64,000 nt of DNA. It comes from Dehalococcoidia bacterium. Lineage in GTDB: Bacteria; Chloroflexota; Dehalococcoidia; Lucifugimonadales; Australimonadaceae. Numbering within the stretch: the first letter of the stretch is position 1; each line of letters opens with the position of its first letter. Location: assembly GCA_965208625.1 (NCBI GenBank), contig OZ242348.1, forward strand, positions 1,309,567-1,373,566, written 5' to 3'. The translations under genes and the position numbers were made by a program. Shown here in pieces: positions 63,383 to 64,000 of this stretch. The notes beneath the pieces were generated by a model. That model ran no database searches, was not told where the DNA came from, and saw only the letters and a program-made list of their open reading frames with translations.

Positions 63383-64000
63383 TCAGGCCACCGCTGCTGC
63401 GCGCTGCGCGTCCACCTTTGCCAGGAAGGCGAGGACTTCCCTGTTGAAGACTTCTGTCTGGTCGAGGTTGGTGAAGTGGCCCGCATCTGGCACGACGACC
63501 AGCTCCGAGCCCTCGATCTGGCTGTGGATGAACTTGACGTCCTCCAGGGCCGGGTCCTCGTTCCCGGCGATGCACAGCGTCGGCGCCGTAATCTCGCACA
63601 GGCGGTAGTCGAAGGCTGGAGCCTGGTCGAGGGCCTCGAGGGAGTAGACGTAGCCGTGGGGCGTCAGCGCCCTGATCATCTCCAGCATGCCCTCGGCCTC
63701 CTCGAGGCCTCTGGCCGCTCTCAGCGCGAAGCTGTCGACCTCCCGGATGGAGTACTGCGCAACGGCCTCCATGCCTTCGGTGAAGGCCAGCTCCCGCACC
63801 TGGGTTGTCCTCGACCTCACCTCTTCCGCGTGAGCGTGGCCCGATGCCGAACCCGAGTCGATGACCACCAGGCCCGCCACCCGGTCCGGGTGCAGCAGCG
63901 TGAATCGCGTGGTGATGCCTCCGCCCATCGAGAGCCCGCCGACGTAGGCCTTCTCGATGCCCAGGTGGTCCAGCAGACCCAGCAGGTCCTCGACCGACGT
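63383..64000 (-). CDS. Alpha/beta hydrolase, 5' end outside the window
   Basis: Frame open to the window edge. AYVGGLSMGG nucleophile elbow, AGNED, AGHFTN. Confidence 0.85.
   Translation of the reverse strand, partial: TSVEDLLGLLDHLGIEKAYVGGLSMGGGITTRFTLLHPDRVAGLVVIDSGSASGHAHAEEVRSRTTQVRELAFTEGMEAVAQYSIREVDSFALRAARGLEEAEGMLEMIRALTPHGYVYSLEALDQAPAFDYRLCEITAPTLCIAGNEDPALEDVKFIHSQIEGSELVVVPDAGHFTNLDQTEVFNREVLAFLAKVDAQRAAAVA

Noticed and set aside
62408-64000. NHL-repeat protein and alpha/beta hydrolase as members of the sterol locus
   Set aside because: Co-oriented and close, but these generic families give no lipid-specific signal. A sterol-esterase role for the truncated hydrolase cannot be supported or excluded from this window.
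1-64000. tRNA, rRNA or other structured ncRNA genes
   Set aside because: No cloverleaf or T-loop (GTTCGAATC-like) context or rRNA signature seen in the intergenic regions. Not checked computationally.

Overview
High-GC bacterial DNA, gene-dense (about 55 CDS), with no rRNA, tRNA or CRISPR array that I can recognise. The gene content suggests a SAR202/Dehalococcoidia (Chloroflexota) genome, possibly a sponge symbiont; this is inference. It includes seven Rieske oxygenase alpha subunits, four amidohydro_2 enzymes, two UbiD-family decarboxylases, three heme-oxygenase-like (PqqC/TenA/CADD-fold) proteins and many lipoproteins with Pro/Thr-rich stalks. Positions 1-51.7 kb are mostly aromatic/heterocycle catabolism and transport, interrupted by a REP-bracketed DUF262/DUF1524 defence cassette (10.9-13.8 kb) and a complete IS481-family element (31267-32313). 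The best candidate for an undescribed system is 51.8-62.4 kb, a putative sterol uptake-and-remodelling locus. It encodes a GOLPH3/GPP34-cytochrome P450 fusion, a sterol C24-methyltransferase-like enzyme, an MMPL/RND transporter, a Neverland/KshA-like Rieske oxygenase, an LprG/P55-like lipoprotein-MFS pair and a FAD oxidoreductase, with no cyclase in the window. All family calls come from recognising motifs by eye, and start codons were re-picked from RBS context. No database search was run.
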